64,000 bases of DNA from Hypanus sabinus (lineage: Eukaryota): the NCBI RefSeq assembly GCF_030144855.1, contig NC_082712.1, forward strand, positions 136,710,001-136,774,000. Direction: 5' to 3'. Shown here piece after piece: positions 24,983-37,400 of this stretch. How positions within the stretch are numbered: the first letter of the stretch is position 1; each line of letters begins with the position of its first letter. A model generated the notes under the pieces. That model was not told the origin of the DNA, made no database searches, and worked only from the letters and a program-made list of their open reading frames with translations. The position numbers were made by a program, and so were the translations under genes.

Positions 24983-26204
24983 AATCACAAGATCACAAGA
25001 CAAAGGAGCAGATGTAGGCCATTCAGCCCATCAAGTCTGCTCCACCCCTCTACCATGAGCTAAACTATTCTCCCATCTAGTTCCAATTTCTGGCTTTTTC
25101 TCTACATCCCTTGATACCCTGACTAATTAGATACCTATCAATCTCCTCCTTACACACCTTCAATGATCAGGCCTCCACAGCTGCATGTGGCAATGAGTTC
25201 CATAAATCCACAATCCTCTGGCTAAAATACTTTCTCCTCATCTCTGTTTTAAATGGGTACCCTCTAATTCTAAGACTGTGGCCTCTTGTCCTGGACTCAC
25301 CCACCAAGGGAAACAACCTTTCCACATCTTCTCTGTCCAACCCTTTCAACATTCGAAATGTTTCTATTAAATCCCCTCTCATTCTTCTATACTCTAATGA
25401 ATACAGTCAAAGAGCCGACAAACGCTCCTCATATGTTAGCCCCTGCATACAAGGAATCATCCTCGTTAATCTTCTCTGAACTCTCTCCAAAATCAGTACA
25501 TCCTTTCTAAGATAGGGGGCCCAAAACTGCACACAGTATTCCAAATGGGGTCTCACCAATGCCCCATAGACCCTCATCAACACCTCCTTCCTCTTATACA
25601 CTATTCCTCTGGAAATGAATGCCAACATAGCATTCGCTTTCCTTTCTGCCGATCCAACCTTGTGGCTAACCTTTAGGGTATTCTACACGAGGACCCCTAA
25701 GTCTCTTTGCACTTCCGATTTTTGAATTTTCTCCCCATCTAAATAATAATCTGCCCAATTATTTCTTCTTCCAAAATATACAACTGTACATTTCTCAACA
25801 TTGTATCTCATCTGCCATTTCTTTGCCCACTATCCTAAACTGACCAAATCTCTCTGTAACCTTTCCATTTCTTCAACACTTCCTGCTTCTCCACCTGCCT
25901 TGGTGTCGTCCACAAACTTAGCCACTAAACCATTTAATCCATAATCTAAATCATCGATATACAGTATAAAAAGAAATGCGGAACACCTCTAGTAACGGGC
26001 AACCAACCAGAATAGGATCCCTTTAATCCCACCCTTTGCTTTCTGCCTATCAGCCAATGCTCCACCCATTCCAATATCTTTCCTGTAATTCCATGGGCTC
26101 TCATCTTATTAAGCACCCTATTATGCGGCACCTTATTGAAGGCCTTTTGAAAATCCAAATACACAAATTCCACAGCTTCTCCCTTGTCAATCTTATTTGA
26201 GATT
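24983..26204 (-). mobile_element. 5'-truncated CR1 LINE, relatively well preserved, inserted in an older + strand CR1 (~24050-24980 and ~26205-26390)
   Basis: VYLDFQKAFNKVPH, LVRPHLEYCVQFWAPYLRKD, (cacaagat)n tail at 24983-25000. Host sequence resumes after 26204. Confidence 0.85.
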
Positions 26205-26420
26205 GTATTGGGAATGTATTAAGATTTGAGAGCATCATTCCAGGGATGAGAGGCTACATTCAAAACAATTGATCAGAAAATGGGGCTATTTGGAGTAGAA
26301 CAAGGGGAGACTGAAAACAAATATGGAAAATGATGATGAGCCGTTAGGACAGAGTGGATAGTTACCATCACTAACCAGATGCTGTAGATGGAAACAAATT
26401 AGCTGCCTTCCTTCTCCATC

Positions 26421-26448
26421 CTGAAGAAGGGTCTCAGCCTGAAACGTC
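26421..26448 (+). ncRNA. Minimal hammerhead ribozyme core (second copy)
   Basis: CTGAAGA-AGG gtctcag CCT-GAAAC-GTC; stem I degenerate. Confidence 0.5.
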
Positions 26449-28329
26449 AACTGTCTGTTCATTTCCATGGATGCTGCCTGACCTGCTGAATTCTCCCAGC
26501 ATTTCGTGTGTATCGCTTTGGATTTCCAGAATCTGCAGAGTTTCTTGTGTTTATAAATCAGCTACTTGCCTGTTTTAAAGGCATTGTGCAATGCATGCAG
26601 TGGAACATCAGGACTGACAATAACCAATACTCTCATCCACACTTCAAATTTCTTTGCAACATCAGTACTGCAATGGTAATAAGCTCTCACTTCTAGCCAC
26701 AGTATGCTTTTTAAGTCTAACTAGAAATTTAAACATGGTAACAGAATGCAAAGCACTTGTTCACACACCTCATTAATCAGTTTCAATTAGCTGCTTTGAC
26801 GGGCTGCCTATGAATACATTCAAAACTCATAGTTGAATCTGATATTTAGAATGGTGTCGCACAGAAATGAGGCTAGCAAACTTTCTGGCAGCGAAATCTT
26901 TTCCTGGAACAATCAAACAATCCCTATTCCCTGTAGCAAGGGTGTGGAGTAAAGAAATGCTGGAGGAGAATCAATTGTTTATAGCTCATCTGTGGCCATT
27001 TTCAGTGAAATGCTTCCAAGTATCAATACCACACAAGATCATCATTTGCAAATTAAAGACCCAAAGATACTTTTAGATAAGAGGGAAAAATTATATGTGT
27101 TCAGCTCAATCATGGGTAAAATGGTTATCCAGAATTCTCCAGCAGATGGTCAAGTAACATATTAAATATTCACAATCAAATCTGGGGTAGTTCAAAATCA
27201 TTCATAGTATCAACAACCAGTTATTTTGGTCTTTTTTTTTGCAGTATGCTAGCAAATTCTAATAGTCCACAGTACTAGATATATTTGATGCATCTGGCTG
27301 ATCCATGCAACTAGATGTGAACTTTCCCTTACTATTATTTTGGTGTCAGACTTCTCCAATCTTTGCAGTGAATACTCATAATATGTTGAAAGAAGCAGTG
27401 AGATGCAACCCAGGAAAAAGAATAGAATTTTCAGTGAGGAAGTGGCCTTCCCGCTCGCTCATTATGGTTTGGGCAAATTATCATATCACAGTTCTGCAGA
27501 CAGTTGCATCACAAATACTACTGAGAGAGTCAACGGCAAAACTTATAGGCTTAATTTAGTCTGTTCCACTGACAACTGCAACCACACTACATACCCAATT
27601 AATTTACTTACTTCATACTTGTAAGTCGTTTCATCTTTGCGCCATCGATCATAGCTATCAGCGAGGGCTGGACTCGGAGCTGAGGTGACATTTGCAGCAG
27701 GTGTGCAGCATTTAATTTGCCATTGACCTATTGGAGCCAAGAAGTAATTAATCCTGAGTTTGGCTATCTTCATTTATCTGGGCTACAAAGTAGGCTAGCA
27801 TTTTCTGCAACTGCAAAGCAAGTTTGTATCTGTTGTTCACCAAACCCTGTTACACTTCAATTACTCTCTAAAATGCAAATAACATTGCCACCAGGGATCT
27901 ACTTCAAAGGGAGACAGTGAAGAACTCATTTACTAAATTCACATGGGACCAAAATAGTTGAAAAGAAGATCCAATATTTTAAATTTTTTAAAATGATTGT
28001 CTAATGGGATTATAGGATTATGCAATTAAAATGTTTATGATGATTGGTGGAAATGATGTAAAAGATTAAAATTATTTTCTCTAGTGGCAGAGTTCAGAAC
28101 AAAGGAGCACAATTGAAGTTTCAGCTCTGTTATTTTGAGTCGGGGGGGGGGGGCCTTCACACAAAAATTGAAATCAGGTTTAGCTACAATTATGAAATTT
28201 AGAATTCCAAATACTTAATTAGGAAGAAAGAGGATAGAAATAAGATACAAATCAAAATTTGTAATAACACTTGAAACCCTTAAGTAACATTGCTTACAAT
28301 TTGGGACATATCTTTCTAGCTCTAACACC

Positions 28330-28940
28330 TACGCCATGGGGGATGGAATATAGTTGTCACGTTATGTTGCAACTTCACAAAACACTAGTTAAGCTGCAAT
28401 TGGAGTACTTTGTGTAGTGAAGACTGCCAGACTATAGGAAGGATGTGATTGCATTGGAGCGGTACGAGGAGGTTCATCAGGACATCACTTGGATTGGAGG
28501 ACTTTAGCTGTGGGGACAGACTGGATAAGCTGGTTTGTTTTCTCCTAAGTGAAAGTGGCAGAGGAATGACCCAACAGAAGTATGTAGAATTATGAAAGAC
28601 ATAGACTGAGTAGATGATCAAAATAATTTTCCTATAGTGAGGATGTCAAAGGCAAGAGGACATCATTTTTATCTAAAAGTTTGGAGTTTTAAACTGGATT
28701 AAGTGATTTTTTTTTTAAACAAGCTGTTTGCTATCTGGAAAATGCTACCGGAGGAGATGAGCGAATTAGGTACAATAACTATATTTACTGTCCATATACT
28801 TATATATTGATCAGTGGATTAAGTAGGAAAGATATAGCAAAAGGTGGTCCTAGATGCAATCAAAGAATATAGGCAAATAAGTTGGCATGAAAATGATGGG
28901 CCAAATAGACTTTCTGCGCTGTACAACTCTATGATTCTCT
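28330..28940 (+). mobile_element. CR1-type LINE 3' fragment
   Basis: Degenerate LEYCVQFW-type region and CR1 3' UTR. Confidence 0.7.
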
Positions 28941-29089
28941 ATCAGAGCACATTAAACAAAGCAGGAGTAGCTACAAAATCTGTCGAACCTGACCATCCAT
29001 TCAGTACGTTCATCCCTGATTAATGCTGGCCTCAATTCCTCATTACCCTCAACTCATCAGAATTTCATAACTCTCACACTTGTGAACAT

Positions 29090-29540
29090 CTGTCCACCCT
29101 CTTTAGAATTATATGTTTGAATAAGGTCTCTACTCATTCTCTGAACTCAATGGAACATTATTTAGTCTCTCTGCGTAGGACAATTCTCGCATTCCAGGAA
29201 TTAGCTTGGTAAATCTCCTTTTGATCAACCCTGTGTCCATTATATCTCTTCTTCGGTAAGGGGCCAAAATTGTGTACATTATTGTGGGTCCTGTGTCACC
29301 AATACCCTGTGCAACTGTAAATGAAAAGTTATTTTTAAACTCCAAATTCTTCATAATAATGTAATTTGCCTTCTTGTCATTGAACCTGCTGATAACTTTT
29401 TGTGCCACATACATTAAAGCACCTAGCTCCTTCTGAACTTTATGCATCTGCAGTCTTTCTCTCTCTCCATTGAGATAACAATACACTTTGCTTTTTCTTA
29501 CCCAACTGCATGATCTCATACTTCCCCACGTTAAACTCAA
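29090..29540 (-). mobile_element. CR1-type LINE fragment
   Basis: KRRFTKLIPGMRELSYAERL. Confidence 0.7.
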
Positions 29541-31949
29541 AGGTTACCTACATGCACAGTTCAGCCTGGCTGGAATCCTAATCAGTCCTAGAATTGTGAT
29601 ACCATAGTAGTTATAGTACCACAATAACAGTATGTCAATTTGGGTCTTATTTTGTTACAAATCTTTCTTCCAAGTTCTCACTATCAATCCAAAAACTTGC
29701 CATTCCAAACACCTCTATTGCAAATTTATATATTGCAATTTTAACTTCAGTTTTATCCAATTACTACATTTACAGGGGATCTGTAGTTGAAATACTGGCT
29801 GACCCACCTGACTCCAGAACTTTCTTGTAGGACGTTCTTACATTTTGTGAAAGAAATGCCACTTCAATGCCAGGTACAGTCTAAGAATGCCAGTACAAGT
29901 TTTCCCAAATGAACCTTCAGTTTATTTAACATTCCACCTATCCCATAAATATACTGTGCTTGTGCTGTTCATGCAAGTTACTGTTCAATCAACATTTTAA
30001 AATAATAAAAGCCAATAGCCTCGACATTATATTTAGCACTTGAATTGCTGAAATGGAAATGCCACACATTTTAGTAAGAAGTATTACTTAACAGATTGAT
30101 TAAAGCTGTAACCTGTGGTATCCCAGAAATGACAGAGACTTGATCACCCAATCTCTTCTGACTGCCCAGCAATGGACAAAGTTAGATATAATCCTGAGAC
30201 TATCAACTCTCAACATTAAATAAATGTAGATTTAACTGCACAAGCAGAGTTAAACTTGAAGCTAAATTTAATTGCTGGAGGAAGTCAGGGAGGTACCTGT
30301 GAAGTCAAGAGGGATGTGTCAAAGTTTTGAGTTTAGATTCTGCATCAGGACTGGGTAAAGAAAAGGATGAGAAAAGATGGCCAGTTCAGGGGGAGTCAAG
30401 GGCTTGCCAATAGTAAGTTGAACTAATTGATGGGGGCTGGTGGAAATGATGAGAAAATGTATCCAGGTGGTAATGGTGGGGGGTGGGGGTGAAGGGGCAA
30501 AAGGTGAACAAAGTTTAGAAAAGCTGGGAGGACCAATGCGAGTGGGAAAGGAAGGGTTCTGAATTAACCAGAATTAAAACATTCAATATTCAGTCACCAG
30601 GTTGCAAGCCAGCCAAAGTAACGCAAATTGGTAGGTTAAGTGGATCGGTGAGTTGTGGAGAACTATGTTCCAAATGCAGGTAGATGCAGCTAGCCAGACC
30701 AAGTTGGTATGGAATAGACAGGCCAAATGGCCTGTTTGTACTATAGTGATCTATGACTCCATGCTGTTTATCATAGTGTATAACACCTTATATTCTGCTT
30801 ATGTAGCTTACATCCCTTATCGTCAGCCACATCTGGTCATCAATTCCCCCCTCAGCTGTTTTTAACCTGTAACATGCAAGCTCCTGTCCCCTCTCCCTCT
30901 CTGCATTTTTATATACTGACCATCTTTGCTCCCTCTCATTCCTTCCCAATGCCGGGTCTCAATTGAAAACTCCACTAACATTGAAGGAACCTGCTGAGTT
31001 CCTTCAAAAGTTCATATTTGCTTCAGATTCCAGCATCAGCATCTCCAGTTAAATTCAAAAATGATTACGTTTTCACCCCAGTTGTCTAGATTGTGTAAAG
31101 ATCCTAAAAAAAAGGATTTGCAAATAAAGTTGAAACTCCACCGCAGGAAACCATTTGAACCAGGAATATGAATCACTAGAGCTAAAAGACCACACACCTG
31201 CCACTGCAGTCATCTCAATGCCAATTCTGTTGGTGGGCTTTACAACAGAGAGATATCCCACCTAGGAACTGACTTTAAGTGTTTAATTGTTCACATGCTG
31301 CCATAAAATTTACCTCATACTAAAGGCATGTACGGTAGGCTCACCTTTATTATTGCAGCAAAATCTGGGTTCTTGACTGTTTTGAAACATGTTTCAGACA
31401 CCCATTTGTCCCAGATAGCTTTCAGAGGCACTGTACTTTACCTCTTTCATAATCTAGTGAAAGAATAGCCCACAGAAAATCTATCAGGAGCAAATAATGA
31501 GGTAAAGACGGGAATATGGACGCACAGGGCTACCAGCAACCTGATTTCCAGGCGCTACCCTTGACTCATTACCGACTGGAAATCCAGTCCGACTTAACGT
31601 TCGCTGAGTACATGACTAATGACCCTGCTATGCTCGCTGTGCTGCAATGTGCTTTGGACAGCGAGGCTCAAAATATCCAAGGGTCAAGCGCTGAGCCTGA
31701 AAATGTTTGTGCAGGTGTACAAACAAGTGAAAGATGCGATACATGAAAGCCTCCGCATCACCGTGGGTTAACCTGGCCGCACGGCTACGAGTGTTGATGC
31801 AGTGCCTACTTAAAACAATGCACACAGCGTTAAAGCTAGTGATATTTTAAAGTCATATTCAAAGGTAATGATGCCCAAAAGAGATAACAGAGAAAGCGTC
31901 TCCTTTCCGAGCAGCTGCTGTCAAGATAACATGCGCGAAGGCGATCTCT

Positions 31950-33460
31950 GGTGCCAGTGAGAGAGGGAGGTCCTGCTGCCAATACCGAGAGCACGGCTGG
32001 GGAAGCTGCGGGTCAGGGAACTGCTTACTGCCGGCCACTGGAGCCTATCAGCCTCCCCTATCTGGTTACGGACATGATTGGCGGTGGCAGCTGAAGCTGA
32101 TGCTGGTGGAGGACATCGTGCCCTCCCCTCCCTTCACATCCCCTCCCCTCGCGTCCTCCCTTAGCTGGTGAGCAGAGCCAGGCAGAGTGTGACTGATCCT
32201 CTCCGCCTCTCTCGCCGTGACTTCGGCTGAGTTCAGACCGGCAGTCGGCAATGGACCGGGGATGTTGGCCAGAAAGGACCTCGTCCCCGAGGAGTATGTA
32301 CTGCGGCTGGTGGAGGACGTGTCGCGGCCACGCTACCGGGAGAAGCAACGCAAGGTACGCTTCGTCAATAAGAACGGCGCCTGCAATGTGGCGCACACCA
32401 ACATCCGAGAGCAGGGCCGCTTCCTGCAGGATGTCTTCACCACACTGGTGGACCTCAAGTGGCGCCATACACTGCTCATCTTCACTATGAGCTTCCTGTG
32501 CAGCTGGCTGCTCTTCGCCATGATCTGGTGGCTGATCGCCTTCGCGCACGGCGACCTGAACGGCGCCGCGCCGCCCGCCGTGCCTTGTATCACCAGCCTG
32601 CACTCCTTCACCTCAGCCTTCCTCTTCTCCATCGAGGTGCAGGTCACCATCGGCTTCGGCGGCCGCATGATCACCGAGGAGTGCCCGGCTGCCATCACCG
32701 TTCTGATCGCGCAGAACATCGTGGGGCTGGTCATTAACGCTATCATGCTGGGCTGCATCTTCATGAAGACGTCGCAGGCGCAGCGGCGCGCCGAGACGCT
32801 CATCTTCAGCAAGTTCGCCGTCATCTCGCCGCGGGACGGCCGCCTCTGCCTCATGTTCCGCGTGGGCGACCTGCGCAAGAGCATGATCATCGGAGCCAGC
32901 ATCAGCGTGCAGGTGGTGCGGCGCACGACCACGGCCGAGGGCGAGGTGCAGCCGCTGCGTCAGATCGACGTGCTGCTCGACAACCCGGTGGGCGGCGGCG
33001 CCATCTTCCTCGTCTCGCCGCTCATCATCGCGCACGTTATCGACCGCGACAGCCCGCTCTACCACCTGACGGCCGCCGACCTGCAGCGCCAGGACTTCGA
33101 GGTGGTCGTCATACTCGAGGGGGTGGTCGAGACCACCGGCATCACCACCCAGGCCCGCACCTCCTACCTGGCCGACGAGATCCTGTGGGGGCACCGCTTC
33201 GTGTCGGTGGTGAGCGAGGACGATGGCCGCTACTCGGTTGACTACTCGAAGTTCGGCAACACTGTCAAGGTGCCCACGCCGCCCCTCGGCGCCCAGCAGC
33301 TGGAGCAGGAGCGGGAGCAGGCCGTCGGGAGTGAAGGACGGGTCGCCGCCTTCGACATTTCTCCCGGGGCGAGGAGGAGGTCCTCAACTCCCCCAACCCA
33401 ATGATTCGTGACCCCAGCACCACCTCTCCCCCAGGCCGACGGGTGGCAGGGACGAGATCC
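31950..33460. promoter_or_regulatory. CpG island / GC-rich domain covering the KCNJ11 promoter and CDS
   Basis: Abrupt switch from AT-rich flanks to dense CpG. The proximal region has GATA-like sites (ctatca 32044, ctatct 32058), inverted CCAAT (ATTGG 32077) and E-box CAGCTG (32088). Individual motifs are untested. Confidence 0.7.
32262..33404 (+). CDS. KCNJ11: ATP-sensitive inward rectifier K+ channel Kir6.2, single coding exon, 380 aa
   Basis: [14 protein letters not shown] start, TIGFG selectivity filter, [20 protein letters not shown] slide helix, short M1-pore loop, no coding intron (KCNJ8 has one), head-to-tail downstream of ABCC8. The ORF track start at 32217 is a GTG. Confidence 0.96.
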   Translation: MLARKDLVPEEYVLRLVEDVSRPRYREKQRKVRFVNKNGACNVAHTNIREQGRFLQDVFTTLVDLKWRHTLLIFTMSFLCSWLLFAMIWWLIAFAHGDLNGAAPPAVPCITSLHSFTSAFLFSIEVQVTIGFGGRMITEECPAAITVLIAQNIVGLVINAIMLGCIFMKTSQAQRRAETLIFSKFAVISPRDGRLCLMFRVGDLRKSMIIGASISVQVVRRTTTAEGEVQPLRQIDVLLDNPVGGGAIFLVSPLIIAHVIDRDSPLYHLTAADLQRQDFEVVVILEGVVETTGITTQARTSYLADEILWGHRFVSVVSEDDGRYSVDYSKFGNTVKVPTPPLGAQQLEQEREQAVGSEGRVAAFDISPGARRRSSTPPTQ

Positions 33461-34029
33461 CAACACCAACCAGGCAACTCTTCCAAGCTTTCCCAATTCG
33501 TGTTTCCCAGGGGGTTTTGTTTGGCCATTGTGCATCTACTTAAACGTTTTACAATTTTGTAAATAGGAGAATTTTACTAAAGAAAACTGGTAAGAGACAT
33601 TAAACTGTAGCGTTGGCATGGTTAGGTTTAAGTACTAAAGATAAGAGTTTTCTATACCTATTGTAGTAGCTGTTGATCAATCCAGTAACCAGCCATTCTA
33701 TTTTCTTCTTGTAAAGTTTGATGGAGGATGGCAGACCAACAAAAGGTGCATTGCTACTACCTACTGAGCTGGAGTGTGGAGCAAAAAGATAGGAAGTTTA
33801 CCCACTAAATCCCGCTCCCCCCACCAAAACTCAAATAATATCAAAGTCTAATGCTTTTCAGAAAGTCAAATTCTGAAAAAGGGAATCATACAACCTAATA
33901 TGTTGACTATGTATACGTGTAAGTATAACTACTGTACCTGTATACTAATCTCCCAGTTGATTTCGCACCATACACTGAATTTTATAGAAATACCTTCCTT
34001 TGTTGCTTTATCTGAACTTTGTTGCCATA

Positions 34030-34250
34030 GTAAGGAGAACGTGCAAATGCTGGAATGCAAGCAACACACACAAAATGCTGCAGGAACTTAGTAGGCCAGG
34101 CAGCATCTATGGAAAAGAGTACAGTCACTGTTTCAGGTAAGACCCTTCTTCAGGATTCATGTGTCCTGATGAAGGGTCTTGGCCTGAAAAGTTTACTGTA
34201 CTCTATTCCATAGATGCTGCCTGGCCTACTGAGTTCCTGCAGCACTTTTT
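34030..34250. mobile_element. Hairpin element of the same family (~85-bp arms) downstream of KCNJ11
   Basis: 34072-34156 is the reverse complement of ~34162-34250. Confidence 0.8.
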
Positions 34251-34254
34251 CAAT

Positions 34255-34490
34255 CATGGTTTTCATCTTTTTTATGCGAAGGCACCTCGACATTTATGTC
34301 CTTAATTTTAAGTGATTGCTTGGCTAGAATGTCTGTCACCTCATTTCCTTCAACTTCAACGTGGGTTGGGCCCCATAAGAACTGATTACACAAACCTGGA
34401 CCCTGCTGCCGTAACAGATGTCCAATCTCAAAAGGAATGTCTGGCCTATGATTTGAAATATCTGTTTTAATAAATGTCAAAACTGAGAAC
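34255..34490 (-). mobile_element. Remnant of an RNase H-containing LINE (I/Nimb-like)
   Basis: QFLWGPTHVEVEGNEVTDILAKQSL resembles the WVPAHVGVEGNExAD motif. Confidence 0.5.
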
Positions 34491-37400
34491 AAATCAGAGC
34501 ACAGAAGGAGGGTGTACTTTTTATACTCATTTCCAAGCTAAAATAATAACAATCATCTCAGATGTGAATATTGATACATATACTATGATAGTCTTCTTAA
34601 TAGTCAACTGAGACTGTGGAACATCACAGAAATGTCTGAAAGACTTGTTACTGGATCGTTTGAGCCATCTGTATAGATATGTAAGAAGCCATAATATGCC
34701 TTGCATATTGCTGAATTACATGTGCCACTGATAAGCAATCATTCTTCATCTTAATCTTAAAGACTTAAATGAACCGCACATAAAGGGAAAAACCACGGAA
34801 CGAGGTAAACTGTGACCATAATCCGTATTAAACAACCCAAGATTTTGCGGACATTCACTTCCCATCCTCCAAAAACTGAAGATATTATGAACGCAGTGCT
34901 CACAACACTTTATTAATGCTGCCATAATTGGATGACCAACTTTATGTCCCATTACGTTAACCCAATTAGCCACTGGCAACTGTAATCTGCATAGATATAA
35001 AGGTACCTCACCCGTTTCTCCCAATAATGTAAAAATTGGGAATGATTGAGCTTAAACTATCTATTCTATTTCAAAGCTCCTGTGAAGCTTAAGGGGAACT
35101 TTCACACTAGATGCCCTTAAGTTTTAACCTTATATTTACATTTTGATTGACAAACCACTGGGCCTCCCAACAATAAAGGGAGACTCAGTGCGCATTTCAC
35201 TGCACTAGTTTGCTGGCTTTTAACACTACCACAGGACAATCACAGGAATTTTCTGACACTTAGTTTTCAAAATGCAAATACTCTTAATTCATCACTTGCA
35301 ACTGGACATAAGCTCACTCCTGCACAGAATTAACCGGCTTTCAATTCTGTAAGTATGTTTGCAATTAATGTATTACAAGTGCATAAAGTACATTTCAGAC
35401 TATTGGCTTGAGCAAGAATATGTAATAACTGATTCAGCAATAATTTACAGATCCCCCCCCCCCATTGAAAGGTTAGGATTCTTCATCAAGCATTAGTAAT
35501 TTAACAAACTTAGCCATGTCCTTTGCTTTGATAGTGCTACAGGGTTAGGGATAATTTGCTTCATGTGAAGTTCTCTGGGTTCTGTGGTAGCTGATTAAGC
35601 TTATTCTGGCATTCCTGGGTACTAGATTAGGAAAGAAGCTGAATAGTTAAATACATGGTACATCCCTTCTGTCTTTTACATTGTGTATCCATCAATTGGG
35701 TGCAAAGTTCAAAAAATACTGTTCTCCATTTCAAGACAATAATTCCCAAGCAGAAGTGTTGTTAACATCTTTGAATCACTTCCTCTGTCCACCTAGCAAT
35801 TTACTGCTTTTACAAGGTTGGAGTTGTGTGTCTGGTTCTGATGTTGAGCATATGAATGATGTGGCTTGTCCATTGGAGCGGACTGAGTGCAGTTCAGACC
35901 TCAATGCTTAAGAAATTGGCTTGAGAGAAAGTATTGGCATTAATATTTTTTTCTACTGGTGGACTAGACATTGTTGGTTGTATCATCCTGCTGTAGGTAA
36001 TTACATCTTGGAATCATCCTGGAGGATGGGATCATTGCTGCCTAGTAAACCATGAGCTTTATTCCAGATTTAAAGTCTTAATCACAAAGCACTTCACTTC
36101 AGACAACCAAATGCTGAAGGTGTCATGCACAGGTTTTAGTAAAATTCATGCTGAATGTAATCCTTTGTAGAGAGCTGGAAGCTGAAACTGTCCATATAAG
36201 AAGTGGTCCATATTTTCCATGGTTTTGATGTAAATTTTTATGGTCAGGAACAGGAGGCAATTTAGTAGAGTGAGGCATATCGGTATTGGACTTGTGTAGA
36301 TGTTTGATGTAAGACACATTCTCAGGTGTGCTTCAGTGAACAATCAACCATGATCTGGAGCTAGGCCTCTGAACATACACCCATTTGCCTAGTTCAGTGT
36401 TGAGTGTCGGGGTAGTGGTGGCAGAGTGCAGGTGAATAAGTTTAACATTTTTCCATTTATCTTCAGATTAACTTTGCTCCAGTGGTTAAAATGTAGCCTT
36501 ATTAAGTGAAAGATCGAGGAAAGGGTTCAACAAACAATATAGCTTTGTGTTAATAATTATCAGTAGATCAATAAACCAATCCAATATTGCAGTTGCACAC
36601 TTACATTGCATGCATTTGCATTTTAATCCTATGAAATGGCACTGCCTAAATCATGTGTGTCCACCAATTGTGGAAAACTTAAGTAAAATTTTGTAACTAA
36701 ATAAAGGCTGATAAAACACCTGATGGCATTTTTGAAGAGCACATGCAGAGAATGACACGACATTTCTAACATACAAAATTAGCTTTAAGTACCTAAGGAT
36801 ATCTATGACACTATAGTGAAAATTTGTATATTGAGGTCTTATTGTACATTTATTTGATTATTGTCAAACTGATGTTTCCTACCATGGTCCATTTACAAAT
36901 ATTTATAAACAATTCCAGAAAATTGAAGTGAAGCAATAATTTGTAAATATTGAAACTATACTTGAATGATTGAAATTAAATCACATTAATTCTGTAATAA
37001 TTTTGATACTCAGAATTGCCAGTAATAAAGTGGCCACCCAGGAAAGTGCACTGGAATGTGATGATTAAAAAACACATTTCAAGATTTATATAAACATTAA
37101 ATATTTTAATCTTTTATATTTCATTTGAACTTCTCAGGGGCAAAGGGTGGATTCTGAGAGGATCAGTTTCAAATCAATGTTCTTGAGGATTTAGTTTGAA
37201 ATGGGAAGAATGGTTTAAACAGAGATTCATTTAGAAAGACCCATTTTCTCTGTAATGAGGGTAATTGTGTTTTAATTCTTACTGTTTCTTATTAAAGTAA
37301 TGAGAATCTGCAAACAAAAAACAGAATCACTATGTATTTTTAATAATATCCTATCCAGATTCCCATGAAAAATTTCCTCTTTAACTTATTTTCAATAGCT

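Noticed and set aside
32217-32261. 395-aa KCNJ11 start from the ORF track
   Set aside because: It is a GTG; homology begins at the ATG at 32262.
32058-33535. Long antisense and alternate-frame ORFs over KCNJ11 (181, 199, 193 aa etc.)
   Set aside because: Expected shadows of extreme GC3 bias, with no recognisable domains. Only the uORF at 32251 was kept.
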